Source: Phascolarctobacterium sp.
Lineage (GTDB): Bacteria; Bacillota; Negativicutes; Acidaminococcales; Acidaminococcaceae
Length of the DNA: 53,036 bases
Assembly (NCBI GenBank): GCA_017452325.1
Contig: JAFTMR010000003.1
Span: 1 to 53,036 of the forward strand
Direction of reading: 5' to 3'
Shown: one piece after another, positions 31,315 through 40,559 of the stretch
How positions within the stretch are numbered: position 1 is the stretch's first letter
Layout: the number at the start of each line of letters is the position of its first letter
The notes under the pieces: model-generated
Database searches by the model: none
What the model saw: only the letters and a program-made list of their open reading frames with translations
What the model was told of the DNA's origin: nothing
Position numbers and translations under genes: made by a program

Positions 31315-32163
31315 ATGAGTACATTCGCAAAGGTCCTGCTGGCGACTGACCTGACGCCGCAGGCCGACAATCTTACCGAGTGTCTGTTCAGCCTTTGCCC
31401 CGACACAGAAACAGAAGTGGTTTTGGCGCACGTCTTTGACGATGATGACGACGCCGACCCTGACGGTAGTAACTTTAAAAAAGTTAGCAGTCGATTGGAA
31501 GGGTACAAGAATGAGCTGGAACAGGCAGGCTATGAAGAAGTAACAGTGGTTACTCCTGTTGGCGACGAGCCTTTTGAAGCAATTTGTGATGCTGGCGAGG
31601 AACAGGAAGCAGATTTGCTGATGGTTGCCTCCCATGGCAAAGGCTTCTTGAAAAGCACCATCATGGGTAGCACTACCTTTGATTTGGCGCGGGCTACCAA
31701 CTTGCCCCTGTTCATTAGCAAAGAGGACGGTAAGGATGCATCCAAACTTTTGGATACTATTTTGATTCCCACAGATTTTTCCAAGAAATCCTTGGCAGCC
31801 TTAAACGTGGTGCGTGGCTTGCGTGAATACGTTGGCAATGTAATTTTCCTGCACGTTATTGAGCGTTGCCGCAGTAAGGAAGATTATAAGGAAAAATATA
31901 GTAATGCCCGTTTGTTCCTGCAAGAGCTGGTGGACGAGCTGAAAATCTTTGGCATCAATGCAGACTATCGCATTAGCCGCGGTGCTGCTTCCAAGGAGAT
32001 TGTGCACCTTTCCCGTCAGGAGCACGCTAAGCTGATTATCATTTCCAAAACCGGCGCAGGTCTTGTTAAAGGCTTGGTGATGGGCAGTACCGCCCAAAAC
32101 GTAGTCCTTAACGCAACCTGCGGTATCCTTTTGTTACCTGCGGAAGATGGCTTGGATGATTGA
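31315..32163 (+). CDS. Universal stress protein, tandem UspA domains
   Basis: Two Usp halves, each ending in a G-x2-G-x9-GS-like motif (ASHGKGFLKSTIMGSTT; SKTGAGLVKGLVMGSTA). Confidence 0.8.
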   Translation: MSTFAKVLLATDLTPQADNLTECLFSLCPDTETEVVLAHVFDDDDDADPDGSNFKKVSSRLEGYKNELEQAGYEEVTVVTPVGDEPFEAICDAGEEQEADLLMVASHGKGFLKSTIMGSTTFDLARATNLPLFISKEDGKDASKLLDTILIPTDFSKKSLAALNVVRGLREYVGNVIFLHVIERCRSKEDYKEKYSNARLFLQELVDELKIFGINADYRISRGAASKEIVHLSRQEHAKLIIISKTGAGLVKGLVMGSTAQNVVLNATCGILLLPAEDGLDD

Positions 32164-32196
32164 TGTAAAAAATTTAACGTTTTCTACAAAAAATCC

Positions 32197-32225
32197 TTGA
32201 CTTCACAAATAAAAGCCAGTATAAT
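32197..32225 (+). promoter_or_regulatory. Sigma-70-type promoter upstream of tRNA-Ser
   Basis: TTGACT, 17-nt spacer, TATAAT. Confidence 0.6.
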
Positions 32226-32301
32226 ACTACTTGCAGTTGTTTTGCTGCAAGTACGTATGTACTGGCACAAAATTGAAAATGGTTTTAAAGTTTTCAACCT
32301 T

Positions 32302-32392
32302 GGAGAGATGACCGAGCGGTTGAAGGTGCACGCCTGGAAAGCGTGTGTACGTGATAAGCGTACCGAGGGTTCGAATCCCTCTCTCTCCGCCA
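32302..32392 (+). tRNA. tRNA-Ser (anticodon GGA), encoded CCA end
   Basis: Hand-folded cloverleaf: acceptor GGAGAGA/TCTCTCC, anticodon stem CACGC/GCGTG with loop CTGGAAA, long variable arm GTACG..CGTAC, and T-arm GAGGG-TTCGAAT-CCCTC. Confidence 0.9.
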
Positions 32393-32429
32393 CTTAAAAA
32401 CGTGCCGCACAAGCGGCTTTTTTAATTCT

Positions 32430-32555
32430 CTGTAGAATCGTGGGTCCGGGTCCTGCGCAATGGTAGCCCGTGAACCAGGTCAGGATCGGAAGGTAGCAGC
32501 CTTAAGCGGATACTATCATGTGCCGCAGGGGTGCCCGGTCTCACGATTGTGCAGG
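32430..32555 (+). ncRNA. ffs: Signal recognition particle RNA (small/4.5S type)
   Basis: Conserved domain IV sequence GTGAACCAGGTCAGGATCGGAAGGTAGCAGCC. The ends pair (AATCGTGGGTCCGGG / CCCGGTCTCACGATT). Located upstream of dnaX as in other Firmicutes. Exact ends are uncertain. Confidence 0.8.
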
Positions 32556-32660
32556 GAATTTTTTATTGCACTGGCTTTGAGAAAAGCTGGTGCTTTTCTT
32601 TTTGTGATGTTTATAATATAATTGTATAACAGTAGAGTTTTCACGAAAGGAGCGACCCCT

Positions 32661-34451
32661 ATGGCTTATGTAGCGTTATACCGCAGATGGCGTCCTCAGG
32701 ATTTTGACACTCTTGTTGGACAACAGGCTGTTAAGACTGCGCTTTCCAATGCTTTGGCAAGTGGCAGGATTGCCCACGCTTATCTCTTTGCCGGACCACG
32801 CGGTACGGGCAAGACCAGTACGGCGCGCATCTTAGCCAAGGCGCTTAACTGCGACAAGGGGCCCACTGCACATCCCTGCGGTGAGTGCCTTAACTGCGAG
32901 CGTATTACTGCAGGCGCGTCCATGGACGTGATTGAAATTGACGCAGCTTCCAATCGTGGTATTGATGAAATAAAAAGTTTGCGCGATCAGACTGCCTATG
33001 CTCCCGTCAATGGCAGATACAAGGTTTTCATCATCGACGAAGTGCACATGCTTTCTACGGAAGCCTTTAACGCACTTTTAAAAACTTTGGAGGAACCTCC
33101 TGCTCACGTAATCTTTATCTTAGCTACTACTGACCCTCACAAAATTCCTGCTACCATTCACTCCCGCTGTCAACGTTTTGACTTCCGTCGCGTTACGGTG
33201 GAAGAGATTACTGACCATTTGGCGATGGTGGCGGAAAAGAGCAGTATTACTGCGGATAGGGAAGCTCTGCGCCTAATCGCTATTCAATCCGAAGGCGGTA
33301 TGCGTGATGCTTTAAGCCTTTTAGACCAATGCGGTGTAATGACCCAACAGATTACTGCTGCTACTGTTCGTGAGGTGTTGGGCATTGTGGGGCGCGAAAC
33401 CCTACGGGAACTGGTACAAGCTATTGGCAGGCAGGACTTATCTGCGACCTTGGCGAAGCTTAACTTCCTGTTGGAGCAGGGTAAGGATGTACGTCAGGTT
33501 TTGACAGAAGCTGCTGAATACCTGCGTGCTCTGCTTTTGTATAAAGCGGCACCCTCCTACCAAGAAGTTTATTTGACAGATACAGCAGAGGCACTTGCAG
33601 AAAGCGCGCCTTTGTTTAATAATGATAGATTGATGGCGGCGGAAGAACGTTTGCACGCTGCGCTAGGTGAGCTGCGTTGGACGGTGCGTCCTCGCATTAC
33701 CGCAGAGCTGTGCCTGTTTGATTTGTGCCGTCAGGAAGGCAGCACTCTTGCTGCTTTGGCGATGCGGGTTGCAAATTTGGAAAGCAGGCTGGCGAGCGGC
33801 GTAGTGCCTTCTGAATTTGGACAGAGCATTCCAAAAGCAAATGCTCCTTCTGAAAAAGTACAGGAGCTTCCCAAACAGAAGGCTCCTTCTCAAAATGGAG
33901 AGCCGGCTTCTAAAATGAAAGCCTCCCTTCCGAATTTGGAGGCTGCTCCCAAAACTGAAACTAAGCCTGCTGTAAAACCACAAGCTTCCCAACCTAAGAC
34001 CCTTGCTTCCGCGTTGACTGATTTGCCCAAGGCTCAGGCGCAGGTTGTGGAAGTGGAAGAATACGGCGGCGACTTCGCTACTGGCGAGGAATACTGGAGC
34101 AAGGCGTTGGAAATCCTTGCTGCTGAAAAGAAAATTGCCATGGTTTCCTGTGCGAAGGGTGGCAAGGTTGTTAGTTATCATGGCGGAGTGTTGCGAGTTG
34201 GCTTTAAGGCAGCTTTCCAATGCGACCGTATGAATAAAGAAGATTACAGAAAGGTCTTTGAAGACGTGCTCTTGCGTATTGCAAGACAGTCCATCAGACT
34301 GGAATGTGTTGTACCCGGTGCAGCCAAGCCGGTAGCTAAGGCTCCGGTAAAAAAAGAACAGGCTCCCTTACCCGAGACGAAGGTGGAAAACGTACCTGAC
34401 GCGGTAAAGAAAGCCCATAATATTTTTGGCGGCACCCTACACGAACTGTAA
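32661..34451 (+). CDS. dnaX: DNA polymerase III subunits gamma/tau
   Basis: MAYVALYRRWRPQDF, Walker A GPRGTGKTS and FIIDEVHML. Start at ATG 32661. Confidence 0.95.
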   Translation: MAYVALYRRWRPQDFDTLVGQQAVKTALSNALASGRIAHAYLFAGPRGTGKTSTARILAKALNCDKGPTAHPCGECLNCERITAGASMDVIEIDAASNRGIDEIKSLRDQTAYAPVNGRYKVFIIDEVHMLSTEAFNALLKTLEEPPAHVIFILATTDPHKIPATIHSRCQRFDFRRVTVEEITDHLAMVAEKSSITADREALRLIAIQSEGGMRDALSLLDQCGVMTQQITAATVREVLGIVGRETLRELVQAIGRQDLSATLAKLNFLLEQGKDVRQVLTEAAEYLRALLLYKAAPSYQEVYLTDTAEALAESAPLFNNDRLMAAEERLHAALGELRWTVRPRITAELCLFDLCRQEGSTLAALAMRVANLESRLASGVVPSEFGQSIPKANAPSEKVQELPKQKAPSQNGEPASKMKASLPNLEAAPKTETKPAVKPQASQPKTLASALTDLPKAQAQVVEVEEYGGDFATGEEYWSKALEILAAEKKIAMVSCAKGGKVVSYHGGVLRVGFKAAFQCDRMNKEDYRKVFEDVLLRIARQSIRLECVVPGAAKPVAKAPVKKEQAPLPETKVENVPDAVKKAHNIFGGTLHEL

Positions 34452-34484
34452 AATTATAATTGTAAATTTAAGGAGGAATTTATT

Positions 34485-34811
34485 ATGTTTCCTGGTGGCG
34501 GCATGGGCAACATGCAAGCAATGATGAAAAAAGTTCAAAAGATGCAAAACGATATGTTGAAGGCACAAGAGGAACTTAAAAAACGTACTGTAGAAGCTAC
34601 TGTTGGCGGTGGCGCTGTAACCGTTGTTGTAAGCGGTCGTAAGGAATTGGTTTCCATTAAAATCAATCCGGACGCAGTAGATCTTGAAGATATTGAAATG
34701 CTGGAAGATATGATTGTTTCCGCTGTGAACGAAGGCATCCGTCAAGCTGACGAAATGTCCGAAAAAGAAATGGCTAAAATTACTGGTGGCATGAAACTGC
34801 CCGGTATGTAA
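34485..34811 (+). CDS. ybaB: YbaB/EbfC-family nucleoid-associated protein
   Basis: 108 aa, located between dnaX and recR. MMKKVQKMQNDMLKAQEEL is a typical N-terminus. Confidence 0.9.
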   Translation: MFPGGGMGNMQAMMKKVQKMQNDMLKAQEELKKRTVEATVGGGAVTVVVSGRKELVSIKINPDAVDLEDIEMLEDMIVSAVNEGIRQADEMSEKEMAKITGGMKLPGM

Positions 34812-34812
34812 T

Positions 34813-35412
34813 ATGGCAAGAATGATTAGGCCCCTGGCTAACTTGCACGAGCAGCTGCGCCGCTTGCCGGGCATCGGCTCCAAGACAGCCATGCGCCTTG
34901 CTTATCATATTATTGATATGTCGGAAGAGGATGTGCGCCGTCTGGCGCAGGCCTTGACCAATGCCAAGGAGCAAATTCACTACTGCCGTTCCTGCTTTAA
35001 TTTGACGGACGGCGATGTGTGCGAAGTGTGCGCTGACCCTACCCGCGACAGGTTTACCGTCTGCGTTGTGGAGCAGCCCCAGGATATTGCTGCCATGGAG
35101 CGTAGTAGGGGTTATCATGGCTTGTACCACGTTTTACATGGAGTGCTTTCTCCCTTGGATGGCATTGGCCCTGACAATTTGCGTATTCGCGAGCTGTTCC
35201 AGCGTTTGCAAAAGGAAAGCGTAGCGGAAATCATTATCGCTACTAATTCTGATGTGGAAGGCGAGGCTACTGCTACCTATCTGGCGCAGCTGTTAAAGCC
35301 TGTTGGAATTAAGGTGAGCCGTATTGCCCATGGCTTGCCCGTTGGCGGCGACTTGGAATATGCAGATGAAGTAACCTTATCCCGCGCTTTGGAAAATAGG
35401 CGCGAAATGTAA
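34813..35412 (+). CDS. recR: Recombination protein RecR
   Basis: HhH N-terminus, Zn finger CRSCFNLTDGDVCEVC and a Toprim domain. Confidence 0.95.
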   Translation: MARMIRPLANLHEQLRRLPGIGSKTAMRLAYHIIDMSEEDVRRLAQALTNAKEQIHYCRSCFNLTDGDVCEVCADPTRDRFTVCVVEQPQDIAAMERSRGYHGLYHVLHGVLSPLDGIGPDNLRIRELFQRLQKESVAEIIIATNSDVEGEATATYLAQLLKPVGIKVSRIAHGLPVGGDLEYADEVTLSRALENRREM

Positions 35413-35429
35413 GAAGGGGAGGGGTTAAT

Positions 35430-35789
35430 ATGGACGAGATTATGAAAATGGCGGCCGAGATGTGGAGTTCCATCAGCTCCCTGGATTTTTTAGATTCCTT
35501 TGGGAATATTGGAAGCTCCTTGGGTAAAATAGGAGATATCGGTGATATTACCTCCTTCTGGCCCTACGTCGTAGGCTTGCTCTTGATTTTGTTTGTTGTG
35601 CAGTTGTTTGAACTGCCCTTCCAACTGGTTTGGAACGGTTTGGTGGGCGCGGCAATGCTGTGGCTAATAAATCTGGTGGGCGGTTTTGTAGGCTTCGGCT
35701 TAAAAATAACAGTCATTAAGGCGCTTATAGCTGGGTTCTTCGGAATACCGGGGGCCTTAGCCATTGTGCTTTTTGAAATATTTGGTTAA
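35430..35789 (+). CDS. bofA: BofA-family membrane protein (pro-sigma-K processing inhibitor-like)
   Basis: C-terminal LWLINLVGGFVGFGLKITVIKALIAGFFGIPGALAIVL resembles BofA. Its position after recR matches B. subtilis. Confidence 0.7.
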   Translation: MDEIMKMAAEMWSSISSLDFLDSFGNIGSSLGKIGDIGDITSFWPYVVGLLLILFVVQLFELPFQLVWNGLVGAAMLWLINLVGGFVGFGLKITVIKALIAGFFGIPGALAIVLFEIFG

Positions 35790-35831
35790 GCATTTAACCG
35801 CAAGAAAAGAGGGGACTGCTTTATGTGTGTA

Positions 35832-36635
35832 ATGCGTAAAGCTATGACCATCGCCGGTAGCGATACCAGTGGTGGCGCCGGCATGGAAGCCGATTTAAAA
35901 ACTTTTCAGGAGCTGGGCGTATATGGCATGACAGCTCTAACCGTTATTGTGACCATGGATCCGCACAATAATTGGTTCCATAATGTGTACCCCATTGAGA
36001 TGCACATCATCGAAAAACAGTTGGAAACAATTTTGGATGGCATTGGTATTGATGCTATGAAGACCGGTATGCTTGGCAGTGCTGACTTGGTAGAACTGGT
36101 TGCTAAAAGCATTGACCGTTACAGCCTGAAAAATGTTGTTATTGATCCGGTAATGGTGTGCAAAGGCATTGATGCCATTATGGTACCCGATGCTGCAGCT
36201 GCCATTAAAAAGTATTTGGTAAAACGTGCAGACGTTATCACTCCCAATACCATTGAAGCTGCCTACCTGGCAGATATGCCTAAGGTAAATTCCTTGGAAG
36301 AAATCAAGGAAGCAGCAGGTCGTATTAAGGAGCTAGGCGCTAGATGCGTTGTTATCAAAGGCGGCGAGCGTATGGAGCGTGACGAAGCGGTAGATGTTTT
36401 CTACGACGGCAAAGAATTTAAAGAGATGTCCGCGAAGAAAATTTATCCTTCCTATAACCATGGCGCAGGCTGCACTTATTCTGCGGCGATTACTGCAGGC
36501 TTGGCAAATGGCTTAAGTGTGGAGGAAGCAGTGCTGCAGGCTAAGGCGTTCATCACCGAAGCTTTGAGACATTCCTTCAAACTTAACGACTTCTCCGGTT
36601 GCACTGACCATTCTGCTTTTAAGAAATCGTTATAA
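35832..36635 (+). CDS. ThiD/PdxK-family kinase (hydroxymethylpyrimidine/phosphomethylpyrimidine or pyridoxal kinase)
   Basis: MTIAGSDTSGGAGMEADLKTF and a C-terminal GAGCTYSAAITAGLA. Confidence 0.85.
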   Translation: MRKAMTIAGSDTSGGAGMEADLKTFQELGVYGMTALTVIVTMDPHNNWFHNVYPIEMHIIEKQLETILDGIGIDAMKTGMLGSADLVELVAKSIDRYSLKNVVIDPVMVCKGIDAIMVPDAAAAIKKYLVKRADVITPNTIEAAYLADMPKVNSLEEIKEAAGRIKELGARCVVIKGGERMERDEAVDVFYDGKEFKEMSAKKIYPSYNHGAGCTYSAAITAGLANGLSVEEAVLQAKAFITEALRHSFKLNDFSGCTDHSAFKKSL

Positions 36636-36653
36636 GCACTTCTAACGATTTTT
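36623..36653. repeat. Collapsed copy of the long-hairpin repeat (left and right arms abutted, no interior)
   Basis: AAATCGTTATAAGCAC|TTCTAACGATTTT. The stop codon and last codons of the ThiD/PdxK gene lie inside the left arm. Confidence 0.6.
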
Positions 36654-36872
36654 AGAATTTAGTATCATAAGCACTTCGTAGAAAATACGGAGTGCTTTTC
36701 TATTTGCAAGAGAATTTTTGCGTGAAAGATATTTATATCATTTTGCAACTGATTATGTAATTATTGTAATCGTTACATACTGTATACATAAGGAAATCCT
36801 CTAGTAATTGTAAAAAGTTTTGGTATAATACCGTAGTAAGAAGACATTTATATTTTATTAGGGGGTCTGTTT

Positions 36873-38083
36873 ATGAACTTATCAACAAAAATTTTAATTG
36901 CCCTTGGCTTGGGTATTATTGCCGGCTTACAGCTTGGCGCTGAAGGTGCTGGCTTTGCCAAAACTTGGATTGGACCTTTGGGTACCATCTTCATGAACTT
37001 AATCAAATGGTTATCGTACCTTTGGTATTCTCTTCCTTGGTTATGGGTGTTTGTGGCTTGGGTGACGTTAAGAAACTGGGTCGCATTGGTTTTAAAACCG
37101 TTGTTCTTTATTTGGGAACTACCGCTTTTGCGATTGCTCTTGGTATCGCATTCGGCGTGTTGGTAGAACCCGGTGCTGGATTGAACATGTCCACTGAAGG
37201 CTTGAAGGTAACTGCGAAAGCAGCTCCTCCCATTATGCAAGTTATTATCGATATTTTCCCCACCAACCCCTTGGGCGCAATGGTTAAAGCTAATATGCTG
37301 CAAATCATCCTCTTCGCTCTCTTTGTTGGTGTAGGTATTGTAGCTGTTGGTGAAAAAGCAGATGCTTTGAAAAACACCATTGATGGTTTGGCAGAAGTTT
37401 GCTACAAAATGGTAGCAATCATCATGTCCTTCGCTCCCTTCGGCGTATTCGGTTTGATTACTCCGGTAGTTGCAGCTAATGGTCCTTCCGTACTGCTTCC
37501 GCTTTTGAAAGTTATCATCTGCGTATACGTAGGCTGCTTGCTCCACGCAATTATCGTTTATGGTTTCATGGTTGCTGTTATGGCAAAAATGTCTCCGATG
37601 GAATTCTTCAAAGCTGCTTCTCCTGCATCCCTCTTGGCATTCTCCAGCTGCTCCTCCTCCGGTACCTTGCCGCTGACCATGGATTGCATGCGTAAACTTG
37701 GCGTAAACCAAAACATTTCTTCCTTCGTACTTCCCTTGGGTGCTACCATTAACATGGACGGCACCGCACTGTACCAAGGTGTATGCGCACTGTTCGTAGC
37801 ACAAATCTACGGTGTTGAATTGACCAGTGCTCAATATGTAACCATTCTTCTGACCGGTACCTTGGCTTCCATTGGTACTGCAGGTGTTCCGGGCGCAGGC
37901 TTCATCATGCTGACCATGATTCTGACCGCTCTTGGTTTGCCCCTCGAAGGTTCCGCTCTTATCGCAGGTATCGACCGTATCCTCGATATGCCCCGTACCT
38001 CTGTTAACGTAACCGGTGACATGGCTGTTACTGTTGTTGTTGATAAGTCTGAGAAGGGCAATGTTGAAGAACCTCTCTACTAA
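36873..38083 (+). pseudogene. Dicarboxylate/amino acid:cation symporter (DAACS, GltP/SstT-like) interrupted by a 1-nt frameshift near 37005-37007
   Basis: Frame 1 (36873) gives MNLSTKILIALGLGIIAGL...GPLGTIFMNLIK then runs off. Frame 3 continues MVIVPLVFSSLVMGV... to 38083. One extra A in the ATCAAATGG run would join them (..NLIKMVIVPLVF..). Confidence 0.6.
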
Positions 38084-38085
38084 TT

Positions 38086-38208
38086 AAAACGTGCTATAAG
38101 CACCGTAATACTTTGTCAAAAAGCAACTTACTTGCTCGATGTACGCACAAGTACACCGTCGCTGCGTAAGTTGCTTTTTTGTGTCTTCCGGTACTTCCAC
38201 CACGTTTT
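38086..38208. repeat. About 120-bp long-hairpin intergenic repeat, diverged copy after the DAACS gene
   Basis: AAAACGTGCTATAAGCACCGTAATACTTTGT...CTTCCGGTACTTCCACCACGTTTT. Confidence 0.75.
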
Positions 38209-38360
38209 ATGATTGCTACTGATTCTTCCGGTACTTCTAAAGATTTTTAGAGTTAGTACAAATGAGTTTATAAAGGCACTCCGCAAAATGTAGTGCCTTT
38301 TGTGTCTTCCGGTACTTCTACCACGTTTTATGGTTACTACTGATTCTTCAAGCACTTCTA
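38177..38360 (+). repeat. Two 63-bp direct repeats (38177-38239 and 38298-38360) built from right-arm fragments of the hairpin repeat
   Basis: TTTTGTGTCTTCCGGTACTTC(C/T)ACCACGTTTTATG(A/G)TT(G/A)CTACTGATTCTTC... occurs twice, 121 bp apart. Confidence 0.75.
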
Positions 38361-38459
38361 CCACGTCTTACCAATTTCACAAATGCAGTAGCAGGATAAT
38401 TTTACATAAGCATAGAAATTTTTTCATAAGATATGTATAATAGTGCGTAGGTGTTTTAT

Positions 38460-39110
38460 ATGGCAGATATGGAAAGATTGATGGAACGACTTTACGAAAA
38501 ACTGCATAGACGTCCTGCAGGTATTGACCGTATGGATAGGCTTTGGGAGGCTGCTGTGCTTTTGCCCATTGTCAAGACGGAAGAGGGGCCTGCTGTTTTG
38601 TTCGAGGTGCGGGCGAAAACCTTGAAGCGTCAGCCGGGAGAAATTTGTTTTCCTGGAGGTAAGTACGAATGTGACGACCGCAGCTTTGAATTTACGGCTA
38701 TCCGCGAAACCTGCGAAGAGCTTGGCTTGCTGGAAGAGGATATTGAAATCTGTGGTGAGCTAGATTCTTTGGTAACACATATGGGGCCCATCATCCATCC
38801 CTTTGTAGGCTTGCTCCACCATCCGGAAAAGATTACCTTTAATCCTGACGAGGTAGAAGAGGTCTTTACCGTACCTTTGGAGTGGCTTTTAAACAATGAG
38901 CCCATGGTGTGCGGGATGGAATTGGCAGATAGACCCTTGGAGGACTTTCCCTTGGAGCTGGTACCGGGAAGGGATAAGGACTGGCGTTATCGTAAAACTT
39001 ATAATGTTTATTTCTATCAGTACAATGGCTATGTAATTTGGGGCTTGACCGCTAGAATGCTCTATGCATTTTTGAAGCGCTGTAAGCCTGTTTTAAATGA
39101 ATTTGCTTAA
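38460..39110 (+). CDS. NUDIX hydrolase, CoA pyrophosphatase-like
   Basis: Nudix box GEICFPGGKYECDDRSFEFTAIRETCEELGL. ATG 38460 preferred over GTG 38451. Confidence 0.8.
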   Translation: MADMERLMERLYEKLHRRPAGIDRMDRLWEAAVLLPIVKTEEGPAVLFEVRAKTLKRQPGEICFPGGKYECDDRSFEFTAIRETCEELGLLEEDIEICGELDSLVTHMGPIIHPFVGLLHHPEKITFNPDEVEEVFTVPLEWLLNNEPMVCGMELADRPLEDFPLELVPGRDKDWRYRKTYNVYFYQYNGYVIWGLTARMLYAFLKRCKPVLNEFA

Positions 39111-39132
39111 ATTGGAAGAGGTTATTTAGTTG

Positions 39133-40239
39133 ATGAAAAAGTTTATAAACGGTACTACCTTGTGCGTTCTGGCTGCCTTGGTTGCTGTGCTGTATATTGT
39201 TATGGGTGGCGGTAAGATTGTTGTTAATGACCCTGTAACTAGTCGCTTGGACCGCAGAGAGCTGCTTTCTGCACGCCAGAACATTTTGGTAATGGGGAAG
39301 GATTTTCGCGATGGTGACGGTCCCAATGGTCGTAGTGACGCTTTCTTTATGCTGATGTTTAATGAGAATACCAAGGTTCCTTATTTAATGTCCATACCTC
39401 GCGATACCCGCGTGCACATTCCCGGTTATGGGTGGGATAAGATCAACCACTCCTATTCCTACGGCGGGTATAAGCTTACTATGCAAACCATGGAAGAATT
39501 TTTAGGAATTAAGATTCATCGACATCTGCTTATTGGTTTCAAAGAGTTTAAGGAAATTGTAGATGACATTGGTGGTTTGGACTTTCCTGTTGCCAAGGAT
39601 ATGTATTCCGTAGATAAATACGATGGGTTCACTGTCGATTTGAAGAAGGGCTTTCAGAATCTTAATGGCGATGAAGCCATCCAATTTGTGCGTTATCGTG
39701 ATGAGGAAGGGGATAATGCCCGTATTCATAGGCAACAGCATTTCATCGTGAAGCTTTATGAAAAAATTGCTGACAACCTGATGGTTATGTACATTGATGG
39801 CTTGTATAAGAAGCTTTTGGCAATGCTGGTCAGCGATTTATCCGTTAGTGACTTGGGGCACATTGGTACCGCACTATACATTCGCGTGCGTGACGGTGGA
39901 CCGGGTATCAATATTGAAACCGTCCCCGGTGCTCCTGCCATTATCAACGGTACTGCTTATTGGGTTCCGGATATGACAGCTTTGCGTACTAAGGTTGCTG
40001 TTATGCAGGGGGTTAAGCCCAGTGACAGATATTTGGAGTCTTCTCGTTTGTTTGAAGAGGAGTATAATAAGGCTATGTTAAAGGTTGCGGAGGGAGACCT
40101 GAGCGGCGAAAGCAAGGCTGCTAAAGACTTGGCTCCCAGCATTCGTAGCAGTGAAGTTTTTGCGGAAGAAGGCGTTGATACCATTGCCAAAGCTATTGAG
40201 AAAAATGGTGGTAGCGCTGATGGTTCTGTAAAATTATGA
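39133..40239 (+). CDS. LCP-family (LytR-CpsA-Psr) glycopolymer transferase
   Basis: N-terminal TM segment, then LMSIPRDTRVHIPGYGWDKINHSYSYGG. Confidence 0.85.
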   Translation: MKKFINGTTLCVLAALVAVLYIVMGGGKIVVNDPVTSRLDRRELLSARQNILVMGKDFRDGDGPNGRSDAFFMLMFNENTKVPYLMSIPRDTRVHIPGYGWDKINHSYSYGGYKLTMQTMEEFLGIKIHRHLLIGFKEFKEIVDDIGGLDFPVAKDMYSVDKYDGFTVDLKKGFQNLNGDEAIQFVRYRDEEGDNARIHRQQHFIVKLYEKIADNLMVMYIDGLYKKLLAMLVSDLSVSDLGHIGTALYIRVRDGGPGINIETVPGAPAIINGTAYWVPDMTALRTKVAVMQGVKPSDRYLESSRLFEEEYNKAMLKVAEGDLSGESKAAKDLAPSIRSSEVFAEEGVDTIAKAIEKNGGSADGSVKL

Positions 40240-40371
40240 TGTGTAGAAATAATAGCCCTGCTTTTAAAAAATATAAGAAAGTATTGAATTATCTATACAA
40301 TAATGAGGGTTTTAGCTTGCATTTTGTATACAATTTTGTTATACTTAACTCAATAAAACAGCCCCTCATTT

Positions 40372-40398
40372 GGCCCTTCTCGCAAGGGCTTTTTTTTT
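40372..40398 (+). terminator. Rho-independent terminator about 130 nt downstream of the LCP gene
   Basis: GCCCTT-CTCGC-AAGGGC followed by T9. Confidence 0.55.
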
Positions 40399-40559
40399 GC
40401 CCATTTTCATATTAACCAGATGATTAAAAGGCTTGCTACATCTAGAGGTATATACTAGGAAAGATTACGGCAAGTATGTGGCAAATGGAAAACTGATATG
40501 ATAAAATATAGATAACTGTAAGTTAAAATCGGTATGTATGCTTTGTAAGGAGGCTTATT

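Noticed and set aside
32184-32412. Three 61-69-aa ORFs on both strands at 32184-32412.
   Set aside because: They overlap the tRNA-Ser gene and its promoter and leader. The tRNA cloverleaf explains the region.
35790-35831. A TPP riboswitch upstream of the ThiD/PdxK-like gene, and a lysine riboswitch upstream of the lysO-like genes (43065-43133).
   Set aside because: The intergenic spaces are about 40 and 70 nt, too short for either aptamer, and no conserved cores were seen.
17513-38208. The long-hairpin repeats read as integron attC sites marking gene cassettes.
   Set aside because: No intI or attI is present in the window. The tagged genes are ordinary core metabolic genes with their own promoters. 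The repeats lack the R''/L'' - L'/R' attC organisation as far as I can judge.
38086-38360. A possible CRISPR-like array, suggested by the repeated CTTCCGGTACTTCTA units.
   Set aside because: There are only two 63-bp direct repeats plus palindromic fragments. There is no regular repeat-spacer periodicity, and no cas genes are present in the window.
40317-40398. A possible tiny sRNA: a TTGCAT, 17 nt, TATACT promoter about 50 nt upstream of the GCCCTT..AAGGGC T9 terminator.
   Set aside because: The predicted transcript would be only about 47 nt. The terminator can equally be the 3' end of the LCP-gene mRNA, so the evidence is too thin.
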